From NCBI GenBank assembly GCA_965218295.1, contig CBDCKN010000015.1, forward strand, positions 491,348 to 555,347: a stretch of DNA of 64,000 bases. The letters run 5' to 3'. Below, piece by piece: positions 11,070 to 20,815 of the stretch. The translations under genes were made by a program, and so were the position numbers. Source of the stretch: Longimicrobiales bacterium. Lineage in GTDB: Bacteria > Gemmatimonadota > Gemmatimonadetes > Longimicrobiales > Gaopeijiaceae. Below the pieces are notes generated by a model. It ran no database searches. It saw nothing but the letters and a program-made list of their open reading frames with translations, and had not been told where the DNA came from. The stretch's first letter is position 1; each line of letters begins with the position of its first letter.

Positions 11070-12340
11070 GCCGCTGGAAGCAGTGGGTCCGGCCCCCGGA
11101 AGGTGCGCTGCCTGGCGGCATCGTGACGAAGGCAGGCGTCGTGTTGATCGCCGTGCTCGTCGGTGGACTCCTCTTCTCGTGGGCGATGACGGGTCCCCAG
11201 GAAGCCGACACTCTCGTAGCCCTGCCCGAGGCGCAGGCGGTCGACGACGGAATGGGGAGGTCGCTCCAAGACCGCATTCGGCAAGAGGCCGAGCGGCAGA
11301 CTCTGGAGGCCGCCGCCCGGGCGCGCGTCGAGCTCGAGCTCCGGCAAGCCGCGGCCGCCGAAGAGATGGCCCGGCTCCAGACCGAGTCGGAGGCGCCGAA
11401 CACCGCAGCCTTGATCCCAGGCGTGAGCGCGGCCGAGTCGGAGCTTAGGGAGGCGCTTCGGCTGGAGGAGCTGGAGCGAAGAACCCGCTCGCTCCGCTCC
11501 GTGCCGGTCGCCCACACGTCCAGGACTCCGGACGCCGCGACCCGGCCGTCCGAACCCGACGGTCGAAGCGCCGGCGGTGCGGCCGACGCAGATGTGGCGG
11601 TCCTCGAGAACACGGTCCAAGCGGCTCTCGCCTCCTTCGAGCAGTCGCTCGGGGCGCTCGAGGGCGAGCTGGAAGCGGAGTTGGCGGCCGGGCAGCTTCT
11701 CTCCGGCTCCTCCGGAGCTGCCGCACCGCCGAGCTCTCCTCGCACGCCCGGCACGGTTCGGCCGGTCTCTAGCGTCGCGTCCGCCGACCTGCCGGGTTGG
11801 GAGCGGATCTACGAGGGCTCGTTCCTCGAGGCGGTGCTTCTCACGCAGCTCTCGGGCGACTTCCCCGGACCGGTGCTCGCCACGGTCTCGGTGCCGTTCT
11901 ATTCGACCGATCGCCAGCGGGTCCTGATCCCGCGCGGCGCACGCGTCGTCGGAACAGCCCGGGCCGTCCAGGACCCGGACCAGAGCCGGCTCGCCGTCGC
12001 CTTCCACCGGCTGCTGCTGCCCGACGGCAGCTGGATCGACCTCGAGTTCACCGGCCTGAACCAGGCGGGCGAGGGCGCGCTTCGGGACCAGGTCGACCGC
12101 CACTACTTCAGCACGTTCGCGGCAGCCGGAGCCGTCGGTGTCGTAAGCGGACTCGCCTTGGCCGGCGGTTCGCCGTTCGGCCTGAGGGCGGGCGTCGGCC
12201 AGGGACTCGGCCAGAGCGCGACCTCGGTTCTCGACCGGTTCCTGAACCGGCTACCCACGATCACGATCCGCGCCGGCCATCGCCTGCGCATCTGGTTCAC
12301 CTCCGATGTCCTGGTCCCCAGGCCCCGGACACGGCACTGA
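11066..12340 (+). CDS. virB10: TrbI/VirB10 family protein
   Basis: N-terminal TM; EGSFLEAVL, VLIPRGARVVG and PTITIRAG motifs. Confidence 0.9.
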   Translation: MSRWKQWVRPPEGALPGGIVTKAGVVLIAVLVGGLLFSWAMTGPQEADTLVALPEAQAVDDGMGRSLQDRIRQEAERQTLEAAARARVELELRQAAAAEEMARLQTESEAPNTAALIPGVSAAESELREALRLEELERRTRSLRSVPVAHTSRTPDAATRPSEPDGRSAGGAADADVAVLENTVQAALASFEQSLGALEGELEAELAAGQLLSGSSGAAAPPSSPRTPGTVRPVSSVASADLPGWERIYEGSFLEAVLLTQLSGDFPGPVLATVSVPFYSTDRQRVLIPRGARVVGTARAVQDPDQSRLAVAFHRLLLPDGSWIDLEFTGLNQAGEGALRDQVDRHYFSTFAAAGAVGVVSGLALAGGSPFGLRAGVGQGLGQSATSVLDRFLNRLPTITIRAGHRLRIWFTSDVLVPRPRTRH

Positions 12341-12357
12341 AACGAAAGGAGACTCTC

Positions 12358-13266
12358 ATGCAGATCCGAACCCTTACCACCGTCCTCCTGGTCTCGGTCC
12401 TGATGCTCGCGACCGCAAGTCCGGCCAACGCCCTCTTCGACATCGGCGGCGTGATCCAGCGTGCCCAGATGATCGTGAACCAGGCGACCCAGATCGCGAA
12501 CCAGATCCGCCAGATGCGGACCATGACCCGCCAACTCACCGAGCTCGAGGAGCAGCTCGACTACATGAAAGAGGCCGCGCGGGGCGAGGTGGACGCGCTG
12601 ATCGAACCGTTCGCCGAGCTGTCGGCCGGATCCGTCGGCCTCGTCGGCGACGGCCTCGACTGGGGTTCCGAGTTCACCGGAGCGGCCGGCGAGCTGGTCG
12701 ACGCGGTCCGTGACATGGGGAGCGGAAGCTCGTTCACCGATGTCTGGCGGAGCGCCCAAGGTGTGGCCGACCAGGTGAGCGAGGCGGACATCCTGGGGCT
12801 GTTCCGTAACCACCCGGCCGAGGTGTCGTCGCACGCGGTGGACGACTACCGCCAGGCCCGTGAGGCCGCCGACCGCCAGCGCGTGCTCGACTACGCGATG
12901 ATGGACGCCGCGGCCTCGCTCGCCTCGACCGTCGAGAGCGCGCAGAGCTCGTTCGACGAGCTGACCGCGAACGGCAATCTGTCCAACACGGCACTCCAGC
13001 AGGCGCAGGTCGCGGCCGCCCTGACCCAAGGCCGGATCAACGCCGCCGTGGCGCAGGTGCTCGCCTATCAGGCGGTCGAGCAGGCGAACCGGATGCAGCA
13101 GGCCGAGATCGACCGGCTCGAGCGCCTCGCCGAGTGGAGGGACGCGCGCCTCCGTACGAACGCGATGGCGGATGCGATGCGCACGGCCGCGTTCCAGAAC
13201 CGCGACCGGCTCCGGGAAGGGCTCCTCTTCAAGATCCCGTCGTTCTACATGGGCGGCCAGGCATAG
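12358..13266 (+). CDS. TrbJ/VirB5-like secreted helical protein
   Basis: Signal peptide, QIANQIRQ coiled coil, located before virB6; AAGGAG RBS. Confidence 0.65.
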   Translation: MQIRTLTTVLLVSVLMLATASPANALFDIGGVIQRAQMIVNQATQIANQIRQMRTMTRQLTELEEQLDYMKEAARGEVDALIEPFAELSAGSVGLVGDGLDWGSEFTGAAGELVDAVRDMGSGSSFTDVWRSAQGVADQVSEADILGLFRNHPAEVSSHAVDDYRQAREAADRQRVLDYAMMDAAASLASTVESAQSSFDELTANGNLSNTALQQAQVAAALTQGRINAAVAQVLAYQAVEQANRMQQAEIDRLERLAEWRDARLRTNAMADAMRTAAFQNRDRLREGLLFKIPSFYMGGQA

Positions 13267-13284
13267 GCCCCGGGAGCGACTGTC

Positions 13285-14295
13285 ATGCAACTTCCTCCCC
13301 CCCAGTCGATCGATCCGAACGTCCCGGCCCAGATCCCGGCGGATCAGCTCCAGGACTTCAAGGGGTTCCTGGACGTCGTGCTCGATACGGTGGTCGGCGG
13401 CGCGGCGCCCGACGTGCTGACGCTCGGCCACCAGCTGTGGGGCGGTCTGGCGGCGATCGTCGTCGCGTGGAGCGGCCTCAAGATCGCGTTCAGCGGAACC
13501 TTCGAGCCCTGGTCCCTCGTGCGTGTCGTGCTCGCGGTCGCGATCCCCCGGACGCTCCTCCACTACTACAGCGTCCCGATCCCGGGCGTGGGCTTCACGT
13601 TTCCGGCCATGGTGGCGGCCGGAGGGATCTGGCTCCAGAACCTGTTCATCTCCGATGTCGTGTCGGTTGGCTACACGGAGATGACCGCGCTGGTCCAGGC
13701 GTTCGCCGCACGGCTCGGCGCCGCATGGTCCGGCGGGAGCCTGATGACCGTCGTGACCGAGGGCGTGAGCGTGTTCTTCTCCTCCCTCGTCGCGCTGATG
13801 ATGGGCGTGCCGCTCGTGCTCGGCCTCGTCGCGCTCTTCTGCCTGACCTACGCGCAGGTGATCTGGGCGCAGGTGGCGCTCGCGATCGTGATCCTCTTGG
13901 GCCCGGTGTTCATCCCCTGGCTGCTGTTCGAGCCGCTCGCGTTCCTATTCTGGGGATGGTTCCGCACGCTCATGGTCTACACGCTCTACGGCGTCGTGGC
14001 CGGAGCCATCCTCCGTGTGTTCATGGGCGTCGGCATGGGCTACGTCACCACCTATACCGGCGCCTTGATGGGCACCGGCTCCTCCGACCCGGCCGAGTTA
14101 GGGCTGTGGGTCGTCGTCCTCCTCCCGCTCGTCGTCTCCGGCCTGATGGCCGGCATGAAGGTGGGCGAGCTCGCCGCGATGCTCGTCTCCGGTTCCGGAT
14201 CCGTCGGGTCAGGCATGATGGCGCTCGTGGTCCACGGAGGTGGGCGCCTCAGCGCTGCTGCGAACCCGGCCCGCCCCCCAGTCCCCGGAGGCTGA
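13285..14295 (+). CDS. virB6: TrbL/VirB6 family membrane protein
   Basis: Polytopic; LGPVFIPWLLF..L.FLFWGW motif. Confidence 0.85.
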   Translation: MQLPPPQSIDPNVPAQIPADQLQDFKGFLDVVLDTVVGGAAPDVLTLGHQLWGGLAAIVVAWSGLKIAFSGTFEPWSLVRVVLAVAIPRTLLHYYSVPIPGVGFTFPAMVAAGGIWLQNLFISDVVSVGYTEMTALVQAFAARLGAAWSGGSLMTVVTEGVSVFFSSLVALMMGVPLVLGLVALFCLTYAQVIWAQVALAIVILLGPVFIPWLLFEPLAFLFWGWFRTLMVYTLYGVVAGAILRVFMGVGMGYVTTYTGALMGTGSSDPAELGLWVVVLLPLVVSGLMAGMKVGELAAMLVSGSGSVGSGMMALVVHGGGRLSAAANPARPPVPGG

Positions 14296-14306
14296 AGGAG
14301 ACGTCC

Positions 14307-14975
14307 ATGAACCGAGAACGCGATGCCGGCCGCGAGTACGCGGAGATCTGGGGCGAGACCGTGCAAGCGAACCGAAAGCTCCGGACTCTTGCAATCGTCC
14401 TAGCAGGGGGATGCCTCGCGCTCGCCGTCCTGCTCCTTCGCATCGCGACCGTCGAGCCGCCCCGCCCGATCGTGGTCCGGGTCGACGAGGTCGGCCGCGC
14501 CGAGGCCGTGGCCTACGAGGCCGCAACGGCCCAGGCGGATCCGCTCGATCCCACGACCAAGTACTTCCTCAACCGGTTCATCTCCGACTTCTACTCACGG
14601 CGGCGGGCGACGGTCGAGGAGCACTGGACGCGGAGCCTCCGCTTCCTCTCGACCGAGCTGGCGAACGCCGCGTTCACGAGGGACGGCGCCGAGGTCGCCG
14701 CCATGGCGGCCGGCACCGCCGACACCGAGTTCCAGGTCGAGCAGGTCGTGCTCCGCATCCACCCCGCACCGGAGGCTCCGCACGGCGCGACCGCCGACTT
14801 CGATCTGGTCCACCTCAGGCAGGGGCAGGAGACGCTGAGGGAGCGGTGGTCGATCACGCTCCGGTTCACCTTCCTCACCGTCATCCCCTCCGAGCTCGTC
14901 GTCTACAACCCGATGGGCATCCTTCTCACCTACCTGCAGGCCGACCGTGCCCTGGTCACGGAAGCCCCGCGATGA
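14307..14975 (+). CDS. virB8: VirB8/TrbF family protein
   Basis: TM followed by PIVVRVDEVG; C-terminal NPMGI motif. Confidence 0.85.
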   Translation: MNRERDAGREYAEIWGETVQANRKLRTLAIVLAGGCLALAVLLLRIATVEPPRPIVVRVDEVGRAEAVAYEAATAQADPLDPTTKYFLNRFISDFYSRRRATVEEHWTRSLRFLSTELANAAFTRDGAEVAAMAAGTADTEFQVEQVVLRIHPAPEAPHGATADFDLVHLRQGQETLRERWSITLRFTFLTVIPSELVVYNPMGILLTYLQADRALVTEAPR

Positions 14976-15907
14976 TCGCCCACCTCGCCGGGCGAGAGAG
15001 GGCGCTCGAGCCGTTCGGTTGGACGGGACGCCAGGCCGAGTGGATCGCGCTGGCGTGTCTCCACAGCGGCGTGTTCACCCGCGCCCAGCTCTCGGCCTAT
15101 CTACGGATCGATCGCTGGCAGGCTCTTCGGTTCGTCCGGGCCATGTCGGAGCGAAGGCTGGCAGCCGACGAGACACTGGAAGGCCGGAAAGTCTGCCGGA
15201 TCTGCGGGCGCGGGATCTACCGGGCGCTCGGCGCCGAGGACATCCGCCATCGCCGGACCGCTTCCGATGAAGTGCTCCTGCGGCGCCTGCTCTCGCTCGA
15301 CTACGTGCTCGAGCACACCGACTTGTCGTGGCTCCCGACCGAGCTGGAGAAGGTCGGCGCGTTCCAGGCGCTCGGCATCGAGCGCCGGCTCCTGCCCTCG
15401 CGGCTCTACCGCGGAGCCGCCGGCAACACGCGGCGTTACTTCCCAGTCAAGCTGCCGGTCGCGCTCGAAGCCGAGCGCGCCGTGTTCGTCTACGTCGATC
15501 CCGGACACGATACCACGACGGCGCTCCGCTCGTGGGCCGTGGCGCATCGCGGCCTCTGGCACGCGCTCGAAAACCAAGGCCGATCCATCGAGGTCGTGGC
15601 CGTCGTCCGCACCGTGAGGGAGCTGCAGCGGGCCCTGACGATCCTCGAGAACTGGACCAACACATCTACAGCATCCGGCCCCTCCGCCGCTCCGGAACCC
15701 GACAGTGCGGCCCGCCGCGAGATCGCCCGAATCGAGCAGGCCATCCGCGCCAAGGATGAACGGGTGCTCAAAGAGTATGGCGACCTGCAGGCCTGCCTCA
15801 AGCGGATCGCCGAGCTGAAGGACCTCCACCGATCCTCGAGTCCCGGAACGATGATCCACGGGTTCGCGACATGGCGCTCGAGACGGCTCCCTGGAGGCGG
15901 ATTTTGA
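14972..15907 (+). CDS. Conserved hypothetical protein (wHTH-like N-terminus; candidate replication/relaxation protein)
   Basis: Translationally coupled to virB8. Full paralogue at 51757-52731 and 3' remnant at ~49030-49225. Function inferred only. Confidence 0.75.
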   Translation: MIAHLAGRERALEPFGWTGRQAEWIALACLHSGVFTRAQLSAYLRIDRWQALRFVRAMSERRLAADETLEGRKVCRICGRGIYRALGAEDIRHRRTASDEVLLRRLLSLDYVLEHTDLSWLPTELEKVGAFQALGIERRLLPSRLYRGAAGNTRRYFPVKLPVALEAERAVFVYVDPGHDTTTALRSWAVAHRGLWHALENQGRSIEVVAVVRTVRELQRALTILENWTNTSTASGPSAAPEPDSAARREIARIEQAIRAKDERVLKEYGDLQACLKRIAELKDLHRSSSPGTMIHGFATWRSRRLPGGGF

Positions 15908-15912
15908 ACGCG

Positions 15913-16195
15913 GATCAGCGAGGGCCGGTGCTGATCGGCGCGTGCACATCAGACAACGAGGTGCATGTGCACCGAAACGCCATTTTCATGTGCGCGCCAG
16001 CGCTTCCTTATGTGGCTGGCTGTCTTACAGTTGCGGCACGGCCGGCGGAGCGGCGATGCCGCTCCGGAGCTTTCGGCCGTAGATGGGAGCGACCCCCCCT
16101 TTGGGGATGCCTCGATCGGCATCGGGGAGGGTTGGCATGTGCACACCCATGCCACTCTCCCACGGGGGGTCGCTCCCAGCCATGGATCCCTACGG
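15913..16195 (+). other. Conserved multi-hairpin non-coding element, copy A
   Basis: Stems GATCAGC/GCTGATC, GTGCACAT/ATGTGCAC, ACGGCCG/CGGCCGT and a 14-bp GGGAGCGACCCCCC (16085-16098)/GGGGGGTCGCTCCC (16164-16177) stem enclosing two hairpins. Homologous copies near 49.2 and 51.5 kb. Confidence 0.7.
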
Positions 16196-16417
16196 ACTGC
16201 CTCGGGAAGTTCCATAACACACGTGATGTCAGTTACTTACACATTCAGTGACTTTGCTCGTCCCCCCATTTCATCCACCGTTTTGAATCGGCTGTCGAGA
16301 GCCCTTCGTGGACGTGAACGGACTGTAACTGTTCGGCCAAGCCGTGGGGAGCGTCGTGTTGTCGGATCGTGTGGTGGGGTCTGGTAACGTGATCCGGAAT
16401 GTAGTATCGTCGAGGGC

Positions 16418-18688
16418 ATGGCGATGCGGGACGGCAACGGACATGCGAACGTGGCGCTGGCCGAGGGGCTGGAGGAGCTTTGGCCGGTGCCCGGTTCCGT
16501 GGAGTCGGAGCTTGGGGACTGGCGGTCGCTGTACGAGCGGGAGCGCGAGCGAGCGGAGGCGGCGGTGGCCCGCGCGGAGGAGTTGCGGTGGGCGGAGGTG
16601 CGGGCGCGCTGCGAAGCGGGATCGTGGAAGTGGCGGTGGGAGGCGTCGCGCCGGAAGCTGAGGGCGGTGATCGCGGAGACGCGGGAGGCCCGCCGCGCGG
16701 CGTGGGACGCCCTGGCGTTGCAGCGCGAGGTGGGGCGTCTGCACGGGCTGCTGCGGGAGGCCGGGGTGGACGCGGGGAAGCGCGGCACGGAGATGGCGCT
16801 TCGGATGGAGGTGGCACGGCTTCGCGAGGAGGGTTGGGCGCTGGAGAAGGCGCTCGATGCCCGCGCGGCCGAGGTGCAGAACCTTCACAAGGCCCGCATC
16901 GAAGCGGACGCGGACATCCTGGCGCTGCGGCGGCAGTTGCGCGAGATGCTCGAGATCCACGGCGAACTGTCGAAGCTGGGGGACCAGCGGGACCGGGTCG
17001 AGTCGCTGTCGGAGGAGGTCGGGGCGCTTCGCTGGGCGCTGAAGGTCTCGGAGGCGTCGAAGGGCCGCCTGACGGCGCGGCTGCGGCGTGCGGTCGAGGC
17101 GGGGCGGGCGCGGTCGCCGTCGGCCGCCGACGCGGAGTTGCGCAAGGCCTTGCGCAGATCGCGGCGCCAGAGGGCGACGATCGGCTCGCTGACGCGGGAG
17201 AAGACCCGGCTCGGCAGGAGGATGCGGGCGTCGCGGCGGCGGATCGAGCGCCTCGAGGGCCAACTGGCGAAGCTTCGCGCGTCGCGCACGGTGCTGCCGA
17301 AGGGGCAGTCCGGCGGCGCGTGCGAGAGGCAGGAGCGACCGCGTTCGGGGCGGCGGCGGGGCCAGCAGCCCGGCACGCCGGTCCACGGCCGCACCCCGCG
17401 CCCGGGGCTTGAGGAACGCACCGAGGAGCACAACCCGCCCGCCGATGCGCGGGTGTGCCGGGGTTGCGGGAGCCCGTACGCGGCCAACGGCGCCGAGGAG
17501 TCGGCCCTCGTCGAGATCGAGGTCCGGGCGCACCGGCGGGTGATCCGCCGCCCGCGCTGGCGGCGGACGTGCGGGTGCGCGTCGTCGCCCGCCGAAGTGA
17601 CGGCGCCCCCCGTGCCTCGGCTGTTCGCCCGCACGCCGTACGGGACGAGCGTCTGGTCGCGCTTCCTGTTCGAGCGCTACGCGTGCCTGCGCCCGCTGCA
17701 CCGGGTCTGCGGGTGGCTGTCCGACCAGGGTCTGCCGGTCTCGCCGGGCACGCTGGCGGACAGCGTGCACCGCTTGGCGCCGTTGTTCGAGCCGGTGGGC
17801 GCGGCGATCCTCGCGCACCAGAACGGCTCGGCGCTGCGCCATGCCGACGAGACCAGCTGGCGGGTGCGGGCGCTGCGCGACAGCGACGGATCGGGGTACG
17901 CGTGGCTGTGGATCTCGGTCGGCCGCGGCGCGGCCTACTTCCATGTGGATCCGTCACGCAGCGCCGAGGCGGCCCGGAAGCTGTTCGACGGGGCGCTGTG
18001 CCCGACGGTCCTCGTCTGCGACCGCTACAGCGGCTACAAGAAGCTGGCGCGTCTCCTCGGGGGCAGGGTCACGCTGTCGTTCTGCTGGGCGCACATGCGC
18101 AGGGACTTCATCCGGTGCGCGGCCGGGCACGTCCATCTGACCGGCTGGTGCCGGGAGTGGCTCGGGCGGATCGCCACGGTCTACCGCCTGCACAAGGCGC
18201 GGCTGGAGCTCCACGACCCCGGCCTCGAGCGCCAGAGCCCGGCGTTCGACGCGGCGCACGACGCGCTGAGCGAGGCGCTCGGCGGCATGTTCGCGGCCTC
18301 CGAACGCCAACTCGCCCGCCTGTCGCCAAAGGCGAGGGAGGGAGGGCCGCTGCGCTCGCTCCTCAACCACCGCGAGGGGCTGAGCGTCTTCCTCGACCGG
18401 CCCCGCGTGCCGCTCGACAACAACCTCGCCGAGCGGCTGCTGCGCGGCCCGGCCATCGGGCGGCGCCTGTCGTTCGGCTCCGACAGCGAGTCCGGCGCCC
18501 GGTTCACCGCGCTCATGTACTCGGTGACCGGCACCCTGAGGCTGAACGGCCTCGACGTGCCGCGCTGGCTCGCCGACTGGTTGGCGGCGTGCGCGCGCGG
18601 CGGCGGTCGCCCGCCGGGCGACCTGTCGCCCTGGCTGCCGTGGTCGATGGACGCCGGACGCAGGCGCGAAATGACGGCGTCCGCATGA
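16418..18688 (+). CDS. IS66 transposase (TnpC-like) with long coiled-coil N-terminus
   Basis: CxxC zinc finger, HADET, CDRYSGY, CWAHMRRDF and DNNLAERLLR motifs. Confidence 0.92.
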   Translation: MAMRDGNGHANVALAEGLEELWPVPGSVESELGDWRSLYERERERAEAAVARAEELRWAEVRARCEAGSWKWRWEASRRKLRAVIAETREARRAAWDALALQREVGRLHGLLREAGVDAGKRGTEMALRMEVARLREEGWALEKALDARAAEVQNLHKARIEADADILALRRQLREMLEIHGELSKLGDQRDRVESLSEEVGALRWALKVSEASKGRLTARLRRAVEAGRARSPSAADAELRKALRRSRRQRATIGSLTREKTRLGRRMRASRRRIERLEGQLAKLRASRTVLPKGQSGGACERQERPRSGRRRGQQPGTPVHGRTPRPGLEERTEEHNPPADARVCRGCGSPYAANGAEESALVEIEVRAHRRVIRRPRWRRTCGCASSPAEVTAPPVPRLFARTPYGTSVWSRFLFERYACLRPLHRVCGWLSDQGLPVSPGTLADSVHRLAPLFEPVGAAILAHQNGSALRHADETSWRVRALRDSDGSGYAWLWISVGRGAAYFHVDPSRSAEAARKLFDGALCPTVLVCDRYSGYKKLARLLGGRVTLSFCWAHMRRDFIRCAAGHVHLTGWCREWLGRIATVYRLHKARLELHDPGLERQSPAFDAAHDALSEALGGMFAASERQLARLSPKAREGGPLRSLLNHREGLSVFLDRPRVPLDNNLAERLLRGPAIGRRLSFGSDSESGARFTALMYSVTGTLRLNGLDVPRWLADWLAACARGGGRPPGDLSPWLPWSMDAGRRREMTASA

Positions 18689-19566
18689 GCGAGCGCATCG
18701 AATGCCGCTACCACGGGCGCGACTTCACCGCCGCGGAAATGGCGCTGCTGCGCCGACTGATCGCCGGACCGCCCGCGCTCAACCGCCACGCCCTGTCGAA
18801 GGAGTTCTGCCGGCGCATCGGCTGGTTCAAGCCCGACGGCGGGCTCAAGGACATGATGGCGCGCGTCACCATGCTCGCCATGCACAGCGACGGCCTCATC
18901 GTCCTGCCGCCCCCGAAGTGGAGGCAGAAACGACCCGGCCCCATCGTCTTCGGACAGGACACCGAACCGCCCCTCTTCCCCCCGCCCACGATCCTCGACG
19001 AGGTCCGCCCCCTCGAACTCCGCACCGTCGTCGGCGGCACCCGACAGGGCAGGCTGTGGAACGAGTTCGTCGCGCGCCACCACTATCTCGGCTACAAGAC
19101 CCTCGTCGGCGCCCAGATGCGCTACGCCGTCCACGACCGCAACGGCTGGCCGCTCGCCATACTCGGCTTCAGCACCGCCGCCTGGTCCCTCGCTCCACGC
19201 GACCGCTTCATCGGATGGACCCCGACCCTGCGAAAGAAGAACCTGCCGCTCGTCATCGACAACCCCAGGTTCCTCATCCTGCCCTGGATCCGCATCCCCA
19301 ACCTCGGATCCCACATCCTCGCCCTCGTCCGCCGCCGCCTGCCCCGCGACTGGACCCGCCGCTACAACACCACCCCCGTCCTCATCGAGACCTTCGTCGA
19401 GGTCCCCCGCTTCACCGGCGGCGTCTACAGGGCCTCCGGTTGGATCCGCGTCGGTACCACACGGGGACGAGGGCGCTACGACACCGCCAAGCAGTACGGC
19501 AAGCCCACCAAGGATGTCTGGCTCCGCCCGCTCGCCAAGCACTGGAAGCGCATCCTCAACCGCTGA
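18685..19566 (+). CDS. DUF4338 (DruA-like) domain protein
   Basis: HHYLGY, G.QMRY, RDRFIGW, NPRFLILPW..IPNLGSHIL and YRASGWI.VG.T.GRG motifs; ATGA overlap with the transposase. Confidence 0.85.
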   Translation: MSERIECRYHGRDFTAAEMALLRRLIAGPPALNRHALSKEFCRRIGWFKPDGGLKDMMARVTMLAMHSDGLIVLPPPKWRQKRPGPIVFGQDTEPPLFPPPTILDEVRPLELRTVVGGTRQGRLWNEFVARHHYLGYKTLVGAQMRYAVHDRNGWPLAILGFSTAAWSLAPRDRFIGWTPTLRKKNLPLVIDNPRFLILPWIRIPNLGSHILALVRRRLPRDWTRRYNTTPVLIETFVEVPRFTGGVYRASGWIRVGTTRGRGRYDTAKQYGKPTKDVWLRPLAKHWKRILNR

Positions 19567-20081
19567 GCACCCCCACACACACGATCCGACAACACGACGC
19601 TCCCCACGGCTTGGCCGAACAGTTACGAACGGATGGCCATCGCCTGCGCCCCCGTCCTTCCCGCCCCCTCAGCGGCTTTCAGAGCGGCGATCGGAGGTGC
19701 CCCGGAGGCGCCAGTCGGCCGCGACCCGGGGGGGTTCGGCCCGTTCCGCGGCCGCGGCAGGCCGAGAGGAGGCTCTTGGAGACCGTCAGAGCCGACTTCT
19801 CGGCGCTGGGTGACCCATAGGACCCCGGGATCCAGCGCGGAGCTCCCCTCGACCTTCAGTTTCGGCGGAGCCGAAGATCGGGGATCGACGGCGGCGCAGC
19901 CGACCCGCCCGGATCCTCCAGCCACTCGAGGACGTCCGCGTGCATGAGCGACACGACCGGCGAGGTATCCGAGCGTGGGCGCACGAGTCTGTTTGGTGCA
20001 CGGGAGGGAAGCACGTCTAGCCAGTCCCCGACGGGGGATTCCTTGAGGAACCGGCGCGCAGCCAACTTCCGCCCCCCGTCC

Positions 20082-20630
20082 TCACAGAAACCGCCGAACC
20101 CGGCTCCGATACTCCCGGTAAGCGTCGCCGTACTGCTCCTCCAGCCACAGCTCCTCGGCCAGCGGCGCAACCACGAACACCACCGCTAGGAGAAGGTGCG
20201 TGATCCACAGCAATAGCGAGTTCGCGATCACACTCACGCCCACGAAGCAGACGATGTCACCCAGGTACTGCGGATTCCGCGTGAACCGGTAGGGGCCGGT
20301 GGACACGAACCCGCCCTTCAACCCGCTCGTGTTCTTCCAGCCCACAGTGACCACTCCCCACACGGCCAGCAGGCCGCCGAGCACCACCAGGGGTACCCCA
20401 ATGATGAACCGTAAGGGGCTCTGGAAGACCCAGGAGTTCCAGTACATCAGGAGGAGAAGAACGTTGATCCCGATCACCGCCCAGAAGCCCGCCCAGGTCA
20501 GCAGATGCTGCCAGGAACCACGGCCCGGCGGTGGCCACAATCGCCTATCTGGGACGACGACCGACCAGACGGCTCCCGCCAACTGCGCGATTAGGATGAC
20601 GACGGCGACGCCGAAAAGGATGGTGGACAT
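20082..20630 (-). CDS. Isoprenylcysteine carboxylmethyltransferase/PEMT family membrane protein
   Basis: Multi-TM; GPYRFTRNPQYLG and EE..L...YG..Y..Y motifs. Confidence 0.88.
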   Translation of the reverse strand: MSTILFGVAVVILIAQLAGAVWSVVVPDRRLWPPPGRGSWQHLLTWAGFWAVIGINVLLLLMYWNSWVFQSPLRFIIGVPLVVLGGLLAVWGVVTVGWKNTSGLKGGFVSTGPYRFTRNPQYLGDIVCFVGVSVIANSLLLWITHLLLAVVFVVAPLAEELWLEEQYGDAYREYRSRVRRFL

Positions 20631-20815
20631 GTACGGATACCCCTGGGGCTGTCCCAGGTTGGTGGACAGGTGAGCGTTGAGCCTTCAGGGGATACTTGAC
20701 CTACTCCTCCTACTAGGAGAGCAAGGCTTCCCCCGAAGTGGGGATAAAGGTGCGTTCACGCGGCGGCGTTTCTGCTCGAACCCGGAAGACCTATCCTCGA
20801 CGATGGTCTTGCCAT

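Larger units (their letters stand above)
16325..19626 (+). mobile_element. IS66-family element with passenger gene
   Basis: GTAA...TTAC ends with 49-bp perfect IRs; near-DR GAACGGACT / GAACGGAT. Confidence 0.9.

Noticed and set aside
18685..19566. Druantia defence system
   Set aside because: Only the DUF4338 gene is present, inside IS ends; no DruE-like helicase or partner genes.
8142..19820. Many long antisense or alternative-frame ORFs (e.g. 12103-13563, 16245-17957, 18181-19578)
   Set aside because: Arg/Pro/Ala-rich shadows of real high-GC genes.
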